64,000 nucleotides of DNA from Candidatus Mediterraneibacter stercoripullorum (GCA_019115765.1 DXCZ01000101.1:9051-73050); one strand, 5' to 3'. Shown: positions 20,838-33,867, counted from the first letter of the stretch. Program-made: numbers and translations. The notes: generated by a model from the sequence alone, not told the origin.

Positions 20838-21443
20838 ATGACAGAGATTGGGAAAACAGATATAATACTACAAGCCGCACAGGACAAAGCAAAGAGGGAG
20901 CTCCTTCAGAAATGCGGGGATGATTCTGCTGCAGCTCAGGCTGAGACAGACCGAAAATATATGAAGGAAGCACTGAAGCAGGCAAGGAAAGCCTATGCTC
21001 TGGAAGAGACGCCGATCGGCTGTGTGATCGTGTATGAGGGTAAGATCATCGGCAGAGGCTACAATCGCCGTAATACAGACAAAAGTCCACTGGCACATGC
21101 GGAGATTACTGCAATCCGGAAAGCAAGCAAAAAGCTGGGGGACTGGAGATTGGAGGGCTGTATCATGTACGTGACGCTGGAGCCGTGTCAGATGTGCGCC
21201 GGAGCTATCGTGCAGTCCCGTCTGACCCGGGTGGTGGCAGGATGTATGAATCCTAAGGCCGGATGCGCCGGTTCTGTACTGAACCTGCTCCAGATGGAAC
21301 AGTTCAATCACCAGGCGGAACTGGTAACCGGGGTCATGGAAGAGGAGTGCAGTGCCCTGATGAAGCAGTTCTTCCGGGAACTGCGGCAGAAAAATAAGAT
21401 GAGAAAACAGTCGGAGGCCGGAGAAAGGAGCGGAAATCAGTGA
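20838..21443 (+). CDS. tadA: tRNA adenosine(34) deaminase
   Basis: AHAE and TLEPCQMC motifs; start position uncertain. Confidence 0.92.
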   Translation: MTEIGKTDIILQAAQDKAKRELLQKCGDDSAAAQAETDRKYMKEALKQARKAYALEETPIGCVIVYEGKIIGRGYNRRNTDKSPLAHAEITAIRKASKKLGDWRLEGCIMYVTLEPCQMCAGAIVQSRLTRVVAGCMNPKAGCAGSVLNLLQMEQFNHQAELVTGVMEEECSALMKQFFRELRQKNKMRKQSEAGERSGNQ

Positions 21444-22411
21444 GGGACAGCTTTGGCAGAGAGATAAACTACATGAGAATATCTATCACAGACTGGTGCA
21501 ATCTCAGATGCAGATATTGCATGCCGGAAGGAATTTGTCTGACCTCTATGAGCGATATCCTTACCTTCGAGGAGATTGAACAGGTCTGCCGGGCAGCTGT
21601 CGGAACGGGGATCACCCGGTTCAAGATCACCGGCGGCGAGCCTCTTGTCAGGATCGGGTGTCCGCAGCTGGTGGGCATGATCAAAAGTATTCCCGGTGTG
21701 GAGCAGGTGACACTTACGACAAACGGCGTCCTGCTGGGTAAATATCTGGATGAGCTGATCAGAAATGGAATAGATGCGGTGAACATCAGTCTGGACACAA
21801 TGAAAGCTGACGTTTACAGACAGATCACAGGATTTGATTGTCTGGCAGCAGTGGAGCAAAGTATTGTCCGGTCCCTTGAACGGGGGGTAAAGGTGAAGAT
21901 AAACTTCGTACCCCAGTATAGAGTAAATGATGAGGAATGGGAGGAGTTTGCCAGGCTTACATTAAAATGGCAGATAGATGTACGATTTATCGAGATGATG
22001 CCCGTTGGCTGGGGAAAGAAATGTACCGGAGTATCGGGCGATGAGATCCTGGAGAAACTGAAATCGGAGTATCCCGGGATGAAAAAAGATGAGAGTGTAC
22101 ATGGAAACGGGCCTGCCGTCTATTACAGGCTTCCGGGAGCACTGGGAAGCGTGGGATTCATCAGTGCTATTCATGGAAAATTCTGCAGTTCCTGTAACCG
22201 GATCCGCATGACCGCGGAGGGAGAGCTCAAGCCCTGTCTCTGTTACAGAGAAAGTGTGGATATCAGGAAGGTGCTGAGATCTCCTGGCAGCAGTATAGAA
22301 GCGCTGGAGACGGTCATTCGTGAGGTGGTGAGCCGGAAGCCGCAGATGCATTGCTTCGGAAGCGGCGATGGAGGGGATGAGGACAGGCAGATGGTCCAGC
22401 TCGGAGGATAA
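21440..22411 (+). CDS. moaA: GTP 3',8-cyclase (radical SAM)
   Basis: DSFGR..YMRISITDWCNLRCRYC, FCSSCNRIR..KPCL and C-terminal GG. Confidence 0.93.
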   Translation: MRDSFGREINYMRISITDWCNLRCRYCMPEGICLTSMSDILTFEEIEQVCRAAVGTGITRFKITGGEPLVRIGCPQLVGMIKSIPGVEQVTLTTNGVLLGKYLDELIRNGIDAVNISLDTMKADVYRQITGFDCLAAVEQSIVRSLERGVKVKINFVPQYRVNDEEWEEFARLTLKWQIDVRFIEMMPVGWGKKCTGVSGDEILEKLKSEYPGMKKDESVHGNGPAVYYRLPGALGSVGFISAIHGKFCSSCNRIRMTAEGELKPCLCYRESVDIRKVLRSPGSSIEALETVIREVVSRKPQMHCFGSGDGGDEDRQMVQLGG

Positions 22412-22505
22412 GGAGGGATTCCTTGCAGCTGATTTACATATGATGCGTGTCCTGTGATGTGTACTCATATATGATATATATGAGGCGTATATGATATGTA
22501 TGAAA

Positions 22506-22569
22506 CGAAAATCCCGGATGGAATACCGTATGACAGTTATCTGCCATGGTACCCCATCCGGGATTTTCG
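22506..22569. terminator. Long hairpin between convergent moaA and SRP RNA
   Basis: 16-bp perfect inverted repeat cgaaaatcccggatgg / ccatccgggattttcg. Confidence 0.55.
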
Positions 22570-22631
22570 GTGTGCGGGTTAAATGTACTGTCTGTCAACA
22601 GAGAAGACAGTAACGATTTATATTCTTTTGC

Positions 22632-22889
22632 GTGCATTGCGCTTCGAACATGACCAACAGACGTTACCCCGGCAGTTGGCTCAGCCCAGGCACCCTCACG
22701 GCACCCGAGAGCTCCTGCTTAGTGCTGCTCCGTTCCCGGCCTGACACGGTTCACAGGTTCCCGTCGCGTGAGACCCAGACATCAACGCCACTTTCCGGGG
22801 GCAGCTCTGCCAGCTGCCGCCCTCTGCGCAATATCACCCCTGCTATAGCGGATTGCAGGTACAAGGTACCGCTAACACCCCGGCTGCAC
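22632..22889 (-). ncRNA. ffs: Large bacterial SRP RNA (scRNA, with Alu domain)
   Basis: Minus strand carries GTGAACCGTGTCAGGCCGGGAACGGAGCAGCACTAAGC (helix 8); ends pair (GTGCA/TGCAC); ~258 nt; near tadA. Confidence 0.93.
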
Positions 22890-22897
22890 AAGATATA

Positions 22898-22926
22898 ATT
22901 TTACAGGTTTTTTCCTGAAATGTCAA
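22898..22926 (-). promoter_or_regulatory. SigA promoter of the SRP RNA
   Basis: TTGACA-17 nt-TAAAAT immediately upstream. Confidence 0.85.
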
Positions 22927-22982
22927 TGGATAGAGGACGTTTTCGTTTACTTAAGCGGGGAAATGTAGTAAAATTTCTGATT

Positions 22983-23017
22983 GGGGACGTAGTGAAATTC
23001 AATTTTACTACGTCCCC
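22983..23017. repeat. REP-like palindrome (family D), directly before an RBS
   Basis: ggggacgtagtgaaat-tca-attttactacgtcccc; same unit at 48875 and 49092. Confidence 0.8.
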
Positions 23018-23031
23018 GAAGGAGGAGAGGC

Positions 23032-24765
23032 ATGAAGATTATTCTTGCGGCGATCAACGCGAAATACATCCATTCAAATCTTGCGGTGTACAGTCTTCGG
23101 GCATATGCCGAACAGTACAGTAAGGAGATATCAATCAAAGAATATACGATCAATCAGTCTATGGACAGTATCCTTATGGAGCTGTTCGGAGAGAATCCTG
23201 ACGTAATATGTTTTTCCTGCTATCTGTGGAACATACTGTATGTGGAGCAGATCATGACAGAGCTGCCTAAGATCCTGCCAAAGGCGAGGATCTGGCTGGG
23301 CGGACCGGAGGTTTCCTATGATGCTCCGGAGCTGTTGCGCCGTTATCCAATGGCTGAGGGAATCATGTGCGGGGAAGGGGAGGAGTCTTTTCTGGAACTG
23401 GTGGAATATTTTCATGGTGAAGCGGGGAGATGCCTGAGAAATATCCGGGGGATCGCTTATCGTGATAATAAAGGCAGGGTACAGGTAAATGATCCACGTC
23501 CGGTACTGGATCTGAGCACGATTCCTTTTGTATATGGCAGAGAGTACAACACTATGGAAACATTTCGGAACCGGATCATTTATTATGAGTCCAGCAGAGG
23601 ATGTCCGTTTTCCTGCAGTTATTGTCTCTCATCTATAGATAAATGTCTGCGTTTCCGAGATATAGATCTTGTCAGGCGAGAACTACAGTTTTTCCTCGAT
23701 CAAAATGTTCCGCAGGTGAAATTTGTGGACCGGACATTCAACTGCCGGCACGACCACGCTATGGCAGTGTGGACCTATATTGCAGAGCATGACAACGGAA
23801 TAACGAATTTTCATTTTGAGGTATCAGCAGACCTTCTAAATGATGCAGAGATCGCGCTGATCCGGACCATGCGCCCGGGACTGATCCAGCTGGAGATTGG
23901 TGTGCAGTCTGCCAATGAGAGAACAATCCGTGAAATACGGCGGAACATGAATCTGGATGAAGTGAGACGGAAGACGGCATTGATCCGGGAGCAGAGAAAT
24001 GTGCATCAGCACCTTGATCTGATCGCCGGACTTCCATGGGAGGATTATGAAAGTTTTGCCAGATCATTTGACGTGGTATATGCCATGAAGCCGGATCAGC
24101 TTCAGCTGGGCTTCCTGAAAGTCCTGAAGGGTTCGCTGATGTACGAAAATGCAGAAGAGTACAGGCTTCAGTATCAGAGCCGTCCGCCCTATGAAGTACT
24201 GTCTACGAAATGGCTGTCCTACGGGGATGTGATCCGTCTGAAGAAAGTGGAAGAGATGGTGGAAGTGTATTATAACAGCGGTCAGTTTAGCCATACCCTG
24301 GAGCATCTGGAGACAGCAGAGAAGAATAACGGGGCGGGGCGCTGTTTCTCCACTGCATTTTCCTTGTTTGAGGCTCTTGCTGCTTACTATGACAGCAGGG
24401 GCTTGAATGGAATCAGTCATTCCAGGATCGCCAGGTATAAGATCCTCTATGATTTTATACAGGAATCAGACGTCTGTGGAGGAGAATGCTGGCGGGAGTG
24501 GCTGGCTCTGGACATATATCTTCGTGAAAATGTAAAGAACCGCCCGGAATTCCTGGGGGAAAGTAAGGTTTCGAAAGAAGAAGCGGCGGAATTTTACAGA
24601 AAAGAAGAAGAGGAACGCCATTTCCTGAAGGGATATGAGGAATATGACTACCGGCAGATGAGAAAGATGACTCATCTGGAGCGGATCAGGGATAAGCTGC
24701 TGCTTTTTGACTACAGAAACAGAAATCCGCTGAACGGGGATGCTGGGGTGTACGAAGTGCAGTGA
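23032..24765 (+). CDS. B12-binding-domain radical SAM protein (DUF4080-type)
   Basis: INAKYIHSNLA, GGPEVS, SRGCPFSCSYC and FVDRTFN motifs. Confidence 0.9.
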   Translation: MKIILAAINAKYIHSNLAVYSLRAYAEQYSKEISIKEYTINQSMDSILMELFGENPDVICFSCYLWNILYVEQIMTELPKILPKARIWLGGPEVSYDAPELLRRYPMAEGIMCGEGEESFLELVEYFHGEAGRCLRNIRGIAYRDNKGRVQVNDPRPVLDLSTIPFVYGREYNTMETFRNRIIYYESSRGCPFSCSYCLSSIDKCLRFRDIDLVRRELQFFLDQNVPQVKFVDRTFNCRHDHAMAVWTYIAEHDNGITNFHFEVSADLLNDAEIALIRTMRPGLIQLEIGVQSANERTIREIRRNMNLDEVRRKTALIREQRNVHQHLDLIAGLPWEDYESFARSFDVVYAMKPDQLQLGFLKVLKGSLMYENAEEYRLQYQSRPPYEVLSTKWLSYGDVIRLKKVEEMVEVYYNSGQFSHTLEHLETAEKNNGAGRCFSTAFSLFEALAAYYDSRGLNGISHSRIARYKILYDFIQESDVCGGECWREWLALDIYLRENVKNRPEFLGESKVSKEEAAEFYRKEEEERHFLKGYEEYDYRQMRKMTHLERIRDKLLLFDYRNRNPLNGDAGVYEVQ

Positions 24766-24863
24766 TAAAAATCTTCCCCGTCTTGCAAAAACTATATAAA
24801 GAGTATAAAATGTAAACAATTGCACTCTGAGAAGAACAGACATGGATGGAAAGGAGGAGCCGG

Positions 24864-24965
24864 ATGAATTTTTATGATAAACGGCTCAGACGTATCATAT
24901 CTATTATTATTATCATTCTGATCGTCGCCATGGTGGCGACGATGGTGATTCCTTATCTGGCATAG
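24864..24965 (+). CDS. 33-aa single-pass membrane peptide (not in the ORF track)
   Basis: MNFYDKRLRRIISIIIIILIVAMVATMVIPYLA; AAGGAGGA RBS; promoter TTGCAA-17-TAAAAT at 24783-24811. Confidence 0.75.
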   Translation: MNFYDKRLRRIISIIIIILIVAMVATMVIPYLA

Positions 24966-25013
24966 AGGAATATGAAAAAGAATCACTGGCAGACGGACAG
25001 GAGCTGATGATAT

Positions 25014-26576
25014 ATGGCGGAGAGCAGGAAGAATGGCAGGAAGCGTTCCGGCGGCAGCCGGAGGAACAGAAGGACAGTGATCGGATTGGCTGCTGTATTT
25101 TTCTGCGCCCTGCTCACGGTCATCGTGATCCAGATCTTGTTGAGATACACTATTAGCCGGTATGATCCGGATGTGATCATCAGCGGCGTGTATGTGGGAG
25201 AGACGGACGTGTCCGGGATGACAAGGGAACAGGCAAAGGAAGCGGTGGAAGCTACTCTTCAGTTATATGGCGGAGAAAAGATCACATTCCAGCTGGAAAA
25301 TGGCAATCGGGCGGGGGCAGTGCTGGCGGAACTGGGAATATCTGTGAAGAATCTGGATGAGATCCTTCAGCAGGCGGCAGATTACGGGAAAAAGGGGAAT
25401 CCCGTGGACTGCTATAAGATTCTGAAAGCGGCGGAAACAAATGATAATCAGAAGATTTTTCCGGTGGAATATCAAGTTACAGAGGAAGGTGCGCGTCAGA
25501 CGCTGGAAGCCCGTTTGAACAGTCTGCTGAAAGCTCCAGTGAACGCCCGTCTGACTCAGTCTGAGGAGAAAACTGTGGTTCTGGAAGATACACCGGGAGA
25601 GAAGCTCGATATTACCGCTACTGTAGCAAATATTAATCAGCTGATCGGCGGAGAATGGGATAAAAGAGGCGGAGCCGTACAGGCTGAAACAGCTGTGCGT
25701 GAAGCAGATATTACGGTAGAGCAACTGTCTGAGATCACGGATGTGCTCGGCACATTCAGCACCTGGTACGGGGACAGCAGTGACGGAAGAAAGGCAAATG
25801 TAGAGTCTGGCGCCAGGCACCTGGATGGTATGCTGGTCAAGCCGGGCGAAGAAGTGTCGGTCCATGATGTGACAGCTCCCTATACAGAGGAAAACGGCTA
25901 TGCCATGGCGCCCTCCTATGAGAACGGTGAAGTAGTGGATTCCATGGGAGGCGGGATCTGTCAGGTGTCCACGACCCTGTATAACACTCTGCTGCTCTCA
26001 GAGGTAGAGATTGTGGAGCGGTATGCACACTCCAGAGAAGTGTCTTATGTGGATCCGTCCATGGACGCGGCTATTGCCGGGGACATTAAGGATCTGAAGT
26101 TCAGGAACAACAAAGAGACACCTATCTATATTGAAGCAGTGCTGTCTGACGGAAATCTCCGGTTCAACCTGTACGGAAAAGAGACCAGACCGGCAGAACG
26201 GACCGTAGAGTTTGAAAGTGAATCCCTGGAAACGATAGAGTCAGATGAGAAGACCTATGTGGCAACGGATGACAGAATTGGTAAAATATATACAAAAGGC
26301 TCCGGCCGTACGGGGCTCACTGCCCAGCTATGGAAGATCATCTATGAAAATGGCGAGGAAGTGAGCCGGGAAACAGTCAATTACAGTCAGTACAGCGCAT
26401 CCGGAGAGACGATCGCGGTGGGAACCGCTTCGGATAACGAAGAAGATACGGCAAAGATGAGAGAAGCTGTAGAGACTCAGGATGAGGGCAGGATCAAGGC
26501 TGCTATCAGTGAGATAACTCGGCCGGAAAATGATGCGCAGACAGACGCGGAAAGTGAAGATCAGAGCAATCAGTAG
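25014..26576 (+). CDS. VanW-family membrane-anchored protein (PG-binding, VanW and G5-like regions)
   Basis: GGGICQVSTTLYN, ERYAHS and DLKFRN motifs; N-terminal TM segment. Confidence 0.88.
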   Translation: MAESRKNGRKRSGGSRRNRRTVIGLAAVFFCALLTVIVIQILLRYTISRYDPDVIISGVYVGETDVSGMTREQAKEAVEATLQLYGGEKITFQLENGNRAGAVLAELGISVKNLDEILQQAADYGKKGNPVDCYKILKAAETNDNQKIFPVEYQVTEEGARQTLEARLNSLLKAPVNARLTQSEEKTVVLEDTPGEKLDITATVANINQLIGGEWDKRGGAVQAETAVREADITVEQLSEITDVLGTFSTWYGDSSDGRKANVESGARHLDGMLVKPGEEVSVHDVTAPYTEENGYAMAPSYENGEVVDSMGGGICQVSTTLYNTLLLSEVEIVERYAHSREVSYVDPSMDAAIAGDIKDLKFRNNKETPIYIEAVLSDGNLRFNLYGKETRPAERTVEFESESLETIESDEKTYVATDDRIGKIYTKGSGRTGLTAQLWKIIYENGEEVSRETVNYSQYSASGETIAVGTASDNEEDTAKMREAVETQDEGRIKAAISEITRPENDAQTDAESEDQSNQ

Positions 26577-26618
26577 ACAGGATAATAAACAAAACAGAAG
26601 GAAAGGAAAGCGGGAATC

Positions 26619-27716
26619 ATGAGAGAGGGGAAGATATCCCGGACGGTCTGGAACCGGTATATCAGGAAACAACTGCATAGGGAAAGAAATGAAGTACTTG
26701 GAACACCCTCCTGGACGGGAACCTGTTCTGCCATCAGAGGGGAAGCGTCAGACGCTTTTATGTGGACAGAGTCATCAGCCTCCGGAACCGGAACCCGGAT
26801 CGGATATTATGCTGCCATGAAGGCAGCAGGAGATCTTGCTGCCTGCGGTGTCAGGCCGCTGGGGGTGTCGGTGAATTTCCTTCTGCCTCCGGACATTCCG
26901 GAAGAGCTGACAGGGGAGCTGACAGCCGGGGTGGAAGAGGCCTGTGCAAGGGCGGACATGCAGATAACCGGGGTAACAGGAGAGGTCAGCAGAGCAGTTG
27001 CCTGTCCCATTGTCTCTGTCACGGCAGCAGGTTTTGTGGAAAGGGAAGCAGCAGCTGCTTTCAGACCTGCGGTCCGAAGCGGTGTTTCAGCAATACAAGA
27101 CAGAGCCGCCGCCGCACAGAGTGTCCGCCCTTCAGCGCAGGGTGAGGGTATCCGGCCCGGGCAGGAGATCCTGCTCTGCGGATATGCCGGACTGGAGGGG
27201 ACATTGCGGATACTGGATGAGGCGGGGCAGGAGCTGAGCGGCAGATTTGTCCCAACCTTTCTGAGAAAGACGGCGGATCTGAAACAGGATATCGTCATAC
27301 CCGGACTTCTGCTGGAAGCGTGCGCAGAGGTGGGATGGAATCATATCTCTGCCATCCGGCAGATCGGCAGCGGCGGTATCTTCGCCGCACTGTGGGAGAT
27401 GGCAGAAGAGTCCGGCAGCGGTCTGGAGCTGGATCTTCGAGCTATATCTATGAAGCAGGAGACGGTAGAGATATGCGAGTTTTTCCGACTCAATCCTTAC
27501 CAGCTTACCTCTGCGGGGAGCTTTCTGATCGCTGCAGACAGCGCAGAACGGATGATCGAGGTGCTGGAGAAGGCGGGGGCACGAGCCGGAAGGCTTGGGG
27601 TTGCTACAGCGCAGAAGGCGCGGGTGATCACAAGCGGAGAAGAGATAAGATATATGGACAGGCCCGCACCTGACGAACTGCTCAGATGGCAGGACGAACG
27701 GATGACAGGCAGCTGA
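26619..27716 (+). CDS. AIR synthase-related (HypE/PurM-like) protein
   Basis: GYAGLEGT, GGIFAALWEM and NPYQLTSAGSFL motifs. Confidence 0.75.
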   Translation: MREGKISRTVWNRYIRKQLHRERNEVLGTPSWTGTCSAIRGEASDAFMWTESSASGTGTRIGYYAAMKAAGDLAACGVRPLGVSVNFLLPPDIPEELTGELTAGVEEACARADMQITGVTGEVSRAVACPIVSVTAAGFVEREAAAAFRPAVRSGVSAIQDRAAAAQSVRPSAQGEGIRPGQEILLCGYAGLEGTLRILDEAGQELSGRFVPTFLRKTADLKQDIVIPGLLLEACAEVGWNHISAIRQIGSGGIFAALWEMAEESGSGLELDLRAISMKQETVEICEFFRLNPYQLTSAGSFLIAADSAERMIEVLEKAGARAGRLGVATAQKARVITSGEEIRYMDRPAPDELLRWQDERMTGS

Positions 27717-27792
27717 GAGAAATAGATATTTAACAGCCGGGAGGCTTAAACACTTTATGTATGAAAACAATGGCATGTCAGGAGGTAATCTT

Positions 27793-28296
27793 ATGAATGA
27801 AAAGAAAGAACAGCTGAGAATTGAGATATTAAAATATATCGAAAAAAACAGCCGTGTAGATCTGGGAGAACTTGCGGTTCTCCTTGGTGTTGAAGAGACA
27901 GAAGTCGCAAATGAAATGGCAGAGATGGAGAAGGAGAAGATCATCTGTGGATATCATACACTGATCGATTGGGACAAAGCAGGTGTAGAGATGGTGACCG
28001 CATTGATTGAGGTGCGTGTCACACCTCAGAGAGACAGAGGATTCGACCGGATCGCGGAAAGAATCTATAACTATCCGGAAGTATATGCGGTTTATCTGAT
28101 TTCGGGAAGCTACGATCTGCTTGTCACACTGGAGGGGAAGACGCTGAAAGAGGTGTCAAGATTTGTGTCAGAGAAGCTGTCGCCGATTGATGAGGTGCTG
28201 AGCACAGCAACTCATTTTATTCTGAAAAAATATAAAGACCACGGGACGATCATGGGGGCAAAAAAAGAGTCGGAAAGGATGCTGGTGACGCCATGA
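27793..28296 (+). CDS. Lrp/AsnC family transcriptional regulator
   Basis: N-terminal HTH, YLISGSYDL and TATHFILKKYK; paired with an aminotransferase. Confidence 0.92.
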   Translation: MNEKKEQLRIEILKYIEKNSRVDLGELAVLLGVEETEVANEMAEMEKEKIICGYHTLIDWDKAGVEMVTALIEVRVTPQRDRGFDRIAERIYNYPEVYAVYLISGSYDLLVTLEGKTLKEVSRFVSEKLSPIDEVLSTATHFILKKYKDHGTIMGAKKESERMLVTP

Positions 28297-29465
28297 CAAG
28301 AAATCCATTATCAAAGAAAATCATTGATATACAGCCATCCGGGATCCGGAAGTTTTTCGATGTGGCAAATGAGATGAAGGACGCTATTTCTCTGGGAGTG
28401 GGCGAGCCGGATTTTGATACACCATGGCGGATCCGGGAAGAGGGAATCTTTTCCCTGGAAAAAGGAAGAACATTTTATACATCGAATGCAGGACTCCAGG
28501 AGCTGCGTAATGAGATATGCAGATATCTTGAAAGAAAGATTCATGTTTCTTATGATCCGAAAAAAGAAACTCTTGTTACTGTGGGAGGCAGTGAGGCCAT
28601 CGATGTTGGACTGAGATGTATGCTGGATCCGGGAGATGAGGTCCTGATCCCTCAGCCGTGTTATGTGTCCTATCTGCCCTGTACGGTGATGGCGGATGGA
28701 GTTCCGGTGACTGTGCCCCTTCAGCACAAAAATGAATTTAAGCTGACGGTAGAGGATCTGGAGAAGTATACGACTCCGAAAACAAAGGTGCTGATCATGC
28801 CGTTTCCGAACAATCCCACCGGATCTGTGATGACAAAGGAGGATCTGGAGCCGGTAGCGGAATTTGTGAAAGAACACGATCTGTTTGTGCTTTCGGATGA
28901 GATATACTCGGAGCTGACATATGGAAGCGAACATGTCTCCATTGCTTCACTTCCGGGAATGCGGGAGAGGACCATTGTGATCAACGGATTTTCCAAAGGA
29001 TTCGCCATGACCGGATGGCGTCTGGGATTTTGCTGCGGACCGGAAGTCATCATCGAGCAGATGGTCAAGCTGCATCAGTTCGCTATCATGTGTGCCCCTA
29101 CCACCAGCCAGTATGCGGCGGTGGAAGGTCTGCGGAACTGTGATGACGAAGTGCAGGAAATGCGGAAGTCCTATGACCAGAGAAGACGTTTCCTTATGAA
29201 CGAGTTCAGACGGATGGGGCTGGAATGCTTTGAGCCTCACGGTGCATTTTATGTGTTCCCGAGTATACAGGAGTTTGGGATGACATCGGAAGAGTTTGCT
29301 ACCCGTCTGCTCAACGAAGAGAAAGTGGCGGTTGTGCCGGGAACTGCATTTGGAGACTGTGGAGAGGGATTCCTGCGTATTTCCTATGCGTATTCTCTGG
29401 ATGATCTGAAAGAGGCTCTGGGCAGGGTGGAGAGCTTTATCCGTCGGCTCAGAGGGGAGGCGTAA
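28293..29465 (+). CDS. Class I/II PLP-dependent aminotransferase (YugH-like)
   Basis: GEPDF, PNNPTG, SDEIY and NGFSKGFAMTGWRLG motifs. Confidence 0.93.
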   Translation: MTRNPLSKKIIDIQPSGIRKFFDVANEMKDAISLGVGEPDFDTPWRIREEGIFSLEKGRTFYTSNAGLQELRNEICRYLERKIHVSYDPKKETLVTVGGSEAIDVGLRCMLDPGDEVLIPQPCYVSYLPCTVMADGVPVTVPLQHKNEFKLTVEDLEKYTTPKTKVLIMPFPNNPTGSVMTKEDLEPVAEFVKEHDLFVLSDEIYSELTYGSEHVSIASLPGMRERTIVINGFSKGFAMTGWRLGFCCGPEVIIEQMVKLHQFAIMCAPTTSQYAAVEGLRNCDDEVQEMRKSYDQRRRFLMNEFRRMGLECFEPHGAFYVFPSIQEFGMTSEEFATRLLNEEKVAVVPGTAFGDCGEGFLRISYAYSLDDLKEALGRVESFIRRLRGEA

Positions 29466-29467
29466 GT

Positions 29468-29965
29468 ATGCTCAATATTGTCCTGCTGGAGCCTGAGATC
29501 CCGGCAAATACAGGAAATATCGGACGTACCTGCGTGGCGTCGGGAACGCGCCTCCATCTGATCGAACCGCTGGGGTTCAGCTTAAGTGAGAAAGCACTGA
29601 AGCGGGCTGGAATGGATTACTGGAAAGAACTGGATGTGACCACGTATATTGACTATCAGGATTTCCTGGATCAGAATCCGGGGGCAAAGATATACATGGC
29701 TACAACAAAAGCACGGAAAGTGTATACGGAAGTGGCCTACGAGCCGGACTGTTACATCATGTTCGGCAAGGAGAGTGCGGGTATCCCGGAGGAAATCCTT
29801 GTGGAAAATCAGGAAAACTGCATCAGGATTCCAATGATGGGAGATATCCGTTCTCTGAACCTGGGAAATTCTGTGGCGGTGGTGCTTTATGAGGCGCTGC
29901 GGCAGAACGGTTTCCCGGGGATGAACCTGGAGGGACAGCTTCACAGACTGAAGTGGAAAGAATAG
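29468..29965 (+). CDS. trmL: tRNA (cytidine/uridine-34 2'-O)-methyltransferase
   Basis: PEIPANTGNIGR, RAGMDYW, FGKESAG and RSLNL motifs. Confidence 0.95.
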   Translation: MLNIVLLEPEIPANTGNIGRTCVASGTRLHLIEPLGFSLSEKALKRAGMDYWKELDVTTYIDYQDFLDQNPGAKIYMATTKARKVYTEVAYEPDCYIMFGKESAGIPEEILVENQENCIRIPMMGDIRSLNLGNSVAVVLYEALRQNGFPGMNLEGQLHRLKWKE

Positions 29966-30288
29966 TCAAAGAAACAAAGATAACGAAAAAACGGAAAAGC
30001 GTACAGAGAAAAGAAAAGCTCTGTGCGCTTTTCTGTTTTCTGCAAGAAGCCTGACAGGCAGCGGATATATTCACATGAGTATATATTTTTCTGTCTTAAG
30101 ATGCATTTTGCTATATATCAGTTAAACTTATAATTTCTTCGAAGTTATAATTATAAATGATTTGAAAGATTTTACCAATTTGGTATATAATAACAACAAC
30201 CTATTTATGTAATATGCACAAAATATAGAAATGCATGAAGTGGAGCATATTGGAAACGATATGAAAGCAGGGATTTGTTGGAGGAAAG

Positions 30289-30612
30289 GTGGTGCAGGAA
30301 AATATGGTTGAAGAAACGATCCGGATCATCCGTGAGACAGAGCGGAAGGCGGATGATATGGTAAAGGAAGCGGAGGAAAAAGGCGGACAGATGATCGGTG
30401 AAGCCCGGAGTCAGGGAGAGCAGATCCGTGAGGAAGCACTGGAATCTGCCCGCAGCCGGGCAGAACAGATGAGGAAGGCGGTAGAAGACAAGGCGACAGA
30501 GATGAGAGCCAGGGCTGCCGGAAAACTGGCGGATGAGATAGACAGACTGAAGGCCGGGGCAAGGGAACGGGAATCAGAGGCGGTGGATCTGGTCGTATCG
30601 CATCTCATATAA
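30289..30612 (+). CDS. ntpF: V/A-type ATPase subunit G/H (stalk)
   Basis: Charged coiled coil; first gene of the V-ATPase cluster. Confidence 0.75.
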   Translation: MVQENMVEETIRIIRETERKADDMVKEAEEKGGQMIGEARSQGEQIREEALESARSRAEQMRKAVEDKATEMRARAAGKLADEIDRLKAGARERESEAVDLVVSHLI

Positions 30613-30716
30613 GTATAAGCGGTATCGCAGTGGATAAGGGAAGAGAATCTACCCTGTCCAATCTTTACAATATCTATAAAGCGAAAACAACATTTAAGAA
30701 AAGGAGGGGATAGACC

Positions 30717-33211
<2,495 letters not shown>

Positions 33212-33246
33212 ACCAGCAGAATTGAGCAAAGAAGGAGAGCGGGACT

Positions 33247-33867
33247 ATGAGTGGACTTGATAAGATGAAGGCCCGGATCCTGGAAGAGGCGGAAGGCTCC
33301 GCCCGGGAGATCCTGGATAATGCCCGCAGAGAGGCTGACGGGATCCTGGAGGCGGCGGAGAAAGAAGCTCGGGCCGAAGCGGACACCCTAATGGCGAAGG
33401 CGCAGCGGGACGCGGACGATTATGAGAAACGAACGGTTTCCGCACTGGATATGGAGCGGAAAAGGCAGCTTCTCGCCGCCCGCCAGGAGATCATAAGTGA
33501 AGTTCTGGACAGAGCTTATGAAAAGGTCCGGGATCTGGATGAGAAAGAATATTTTGAAGTCATGGGAAAACTTCTGGAGAAATATGTCCAGCCTGAGGCA
33601 GGTTTGATCTGCTTCTCAGGGAAAGATCTGGAAAGAATGCCGGAGGAGTTCCGGGAGAAGATACAGATGACCGCCAAAGATCGGGGAGGCAGCCTGACAC
33701 TGTCGGAAGAACCGGGGCAGATGGAGGCCGGGTTCCTGCTGATCTATGGAGGGATCGAGGAGAACTGTACTCTGAGTGCAGTGTTCCGGGGAAAGAGAGA
33801 TGAATTGGCGGATCTAGTGAATAGAGAACTCTTCGGAAAGGGAGACGGTAAGGAGGGACGGAGTTGA
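33247..33867 (+). CDS. ntpE: V/A-type ATPase subunit E
   Basis: GLDKMKARIL and GFLLIYGGIEENCT motifs. Confidence 0.92.
   Translation: MSGLDKMKARILEEAEGSAREILDNARREADGILEAAEKEARAEADTLMAKAQRDADDYEKRTVSALDMERKRQLLAARQEIISEVLDRAYEKVRDLDEKEYFEVMGKLLEKYVQPEAGLICFSGKDLERMPEEFREKIQMTAKDRGGSLTLSEEPGQMEAGFLLIYGGIEENCTLSAVFRGKRDELADLVNRELFGKGDGKEGRS

Noticed and set aside
22632-22898. 88-aa plus-strand ORF
   Set aside because: It is the antisense of the SRP RNA gene.
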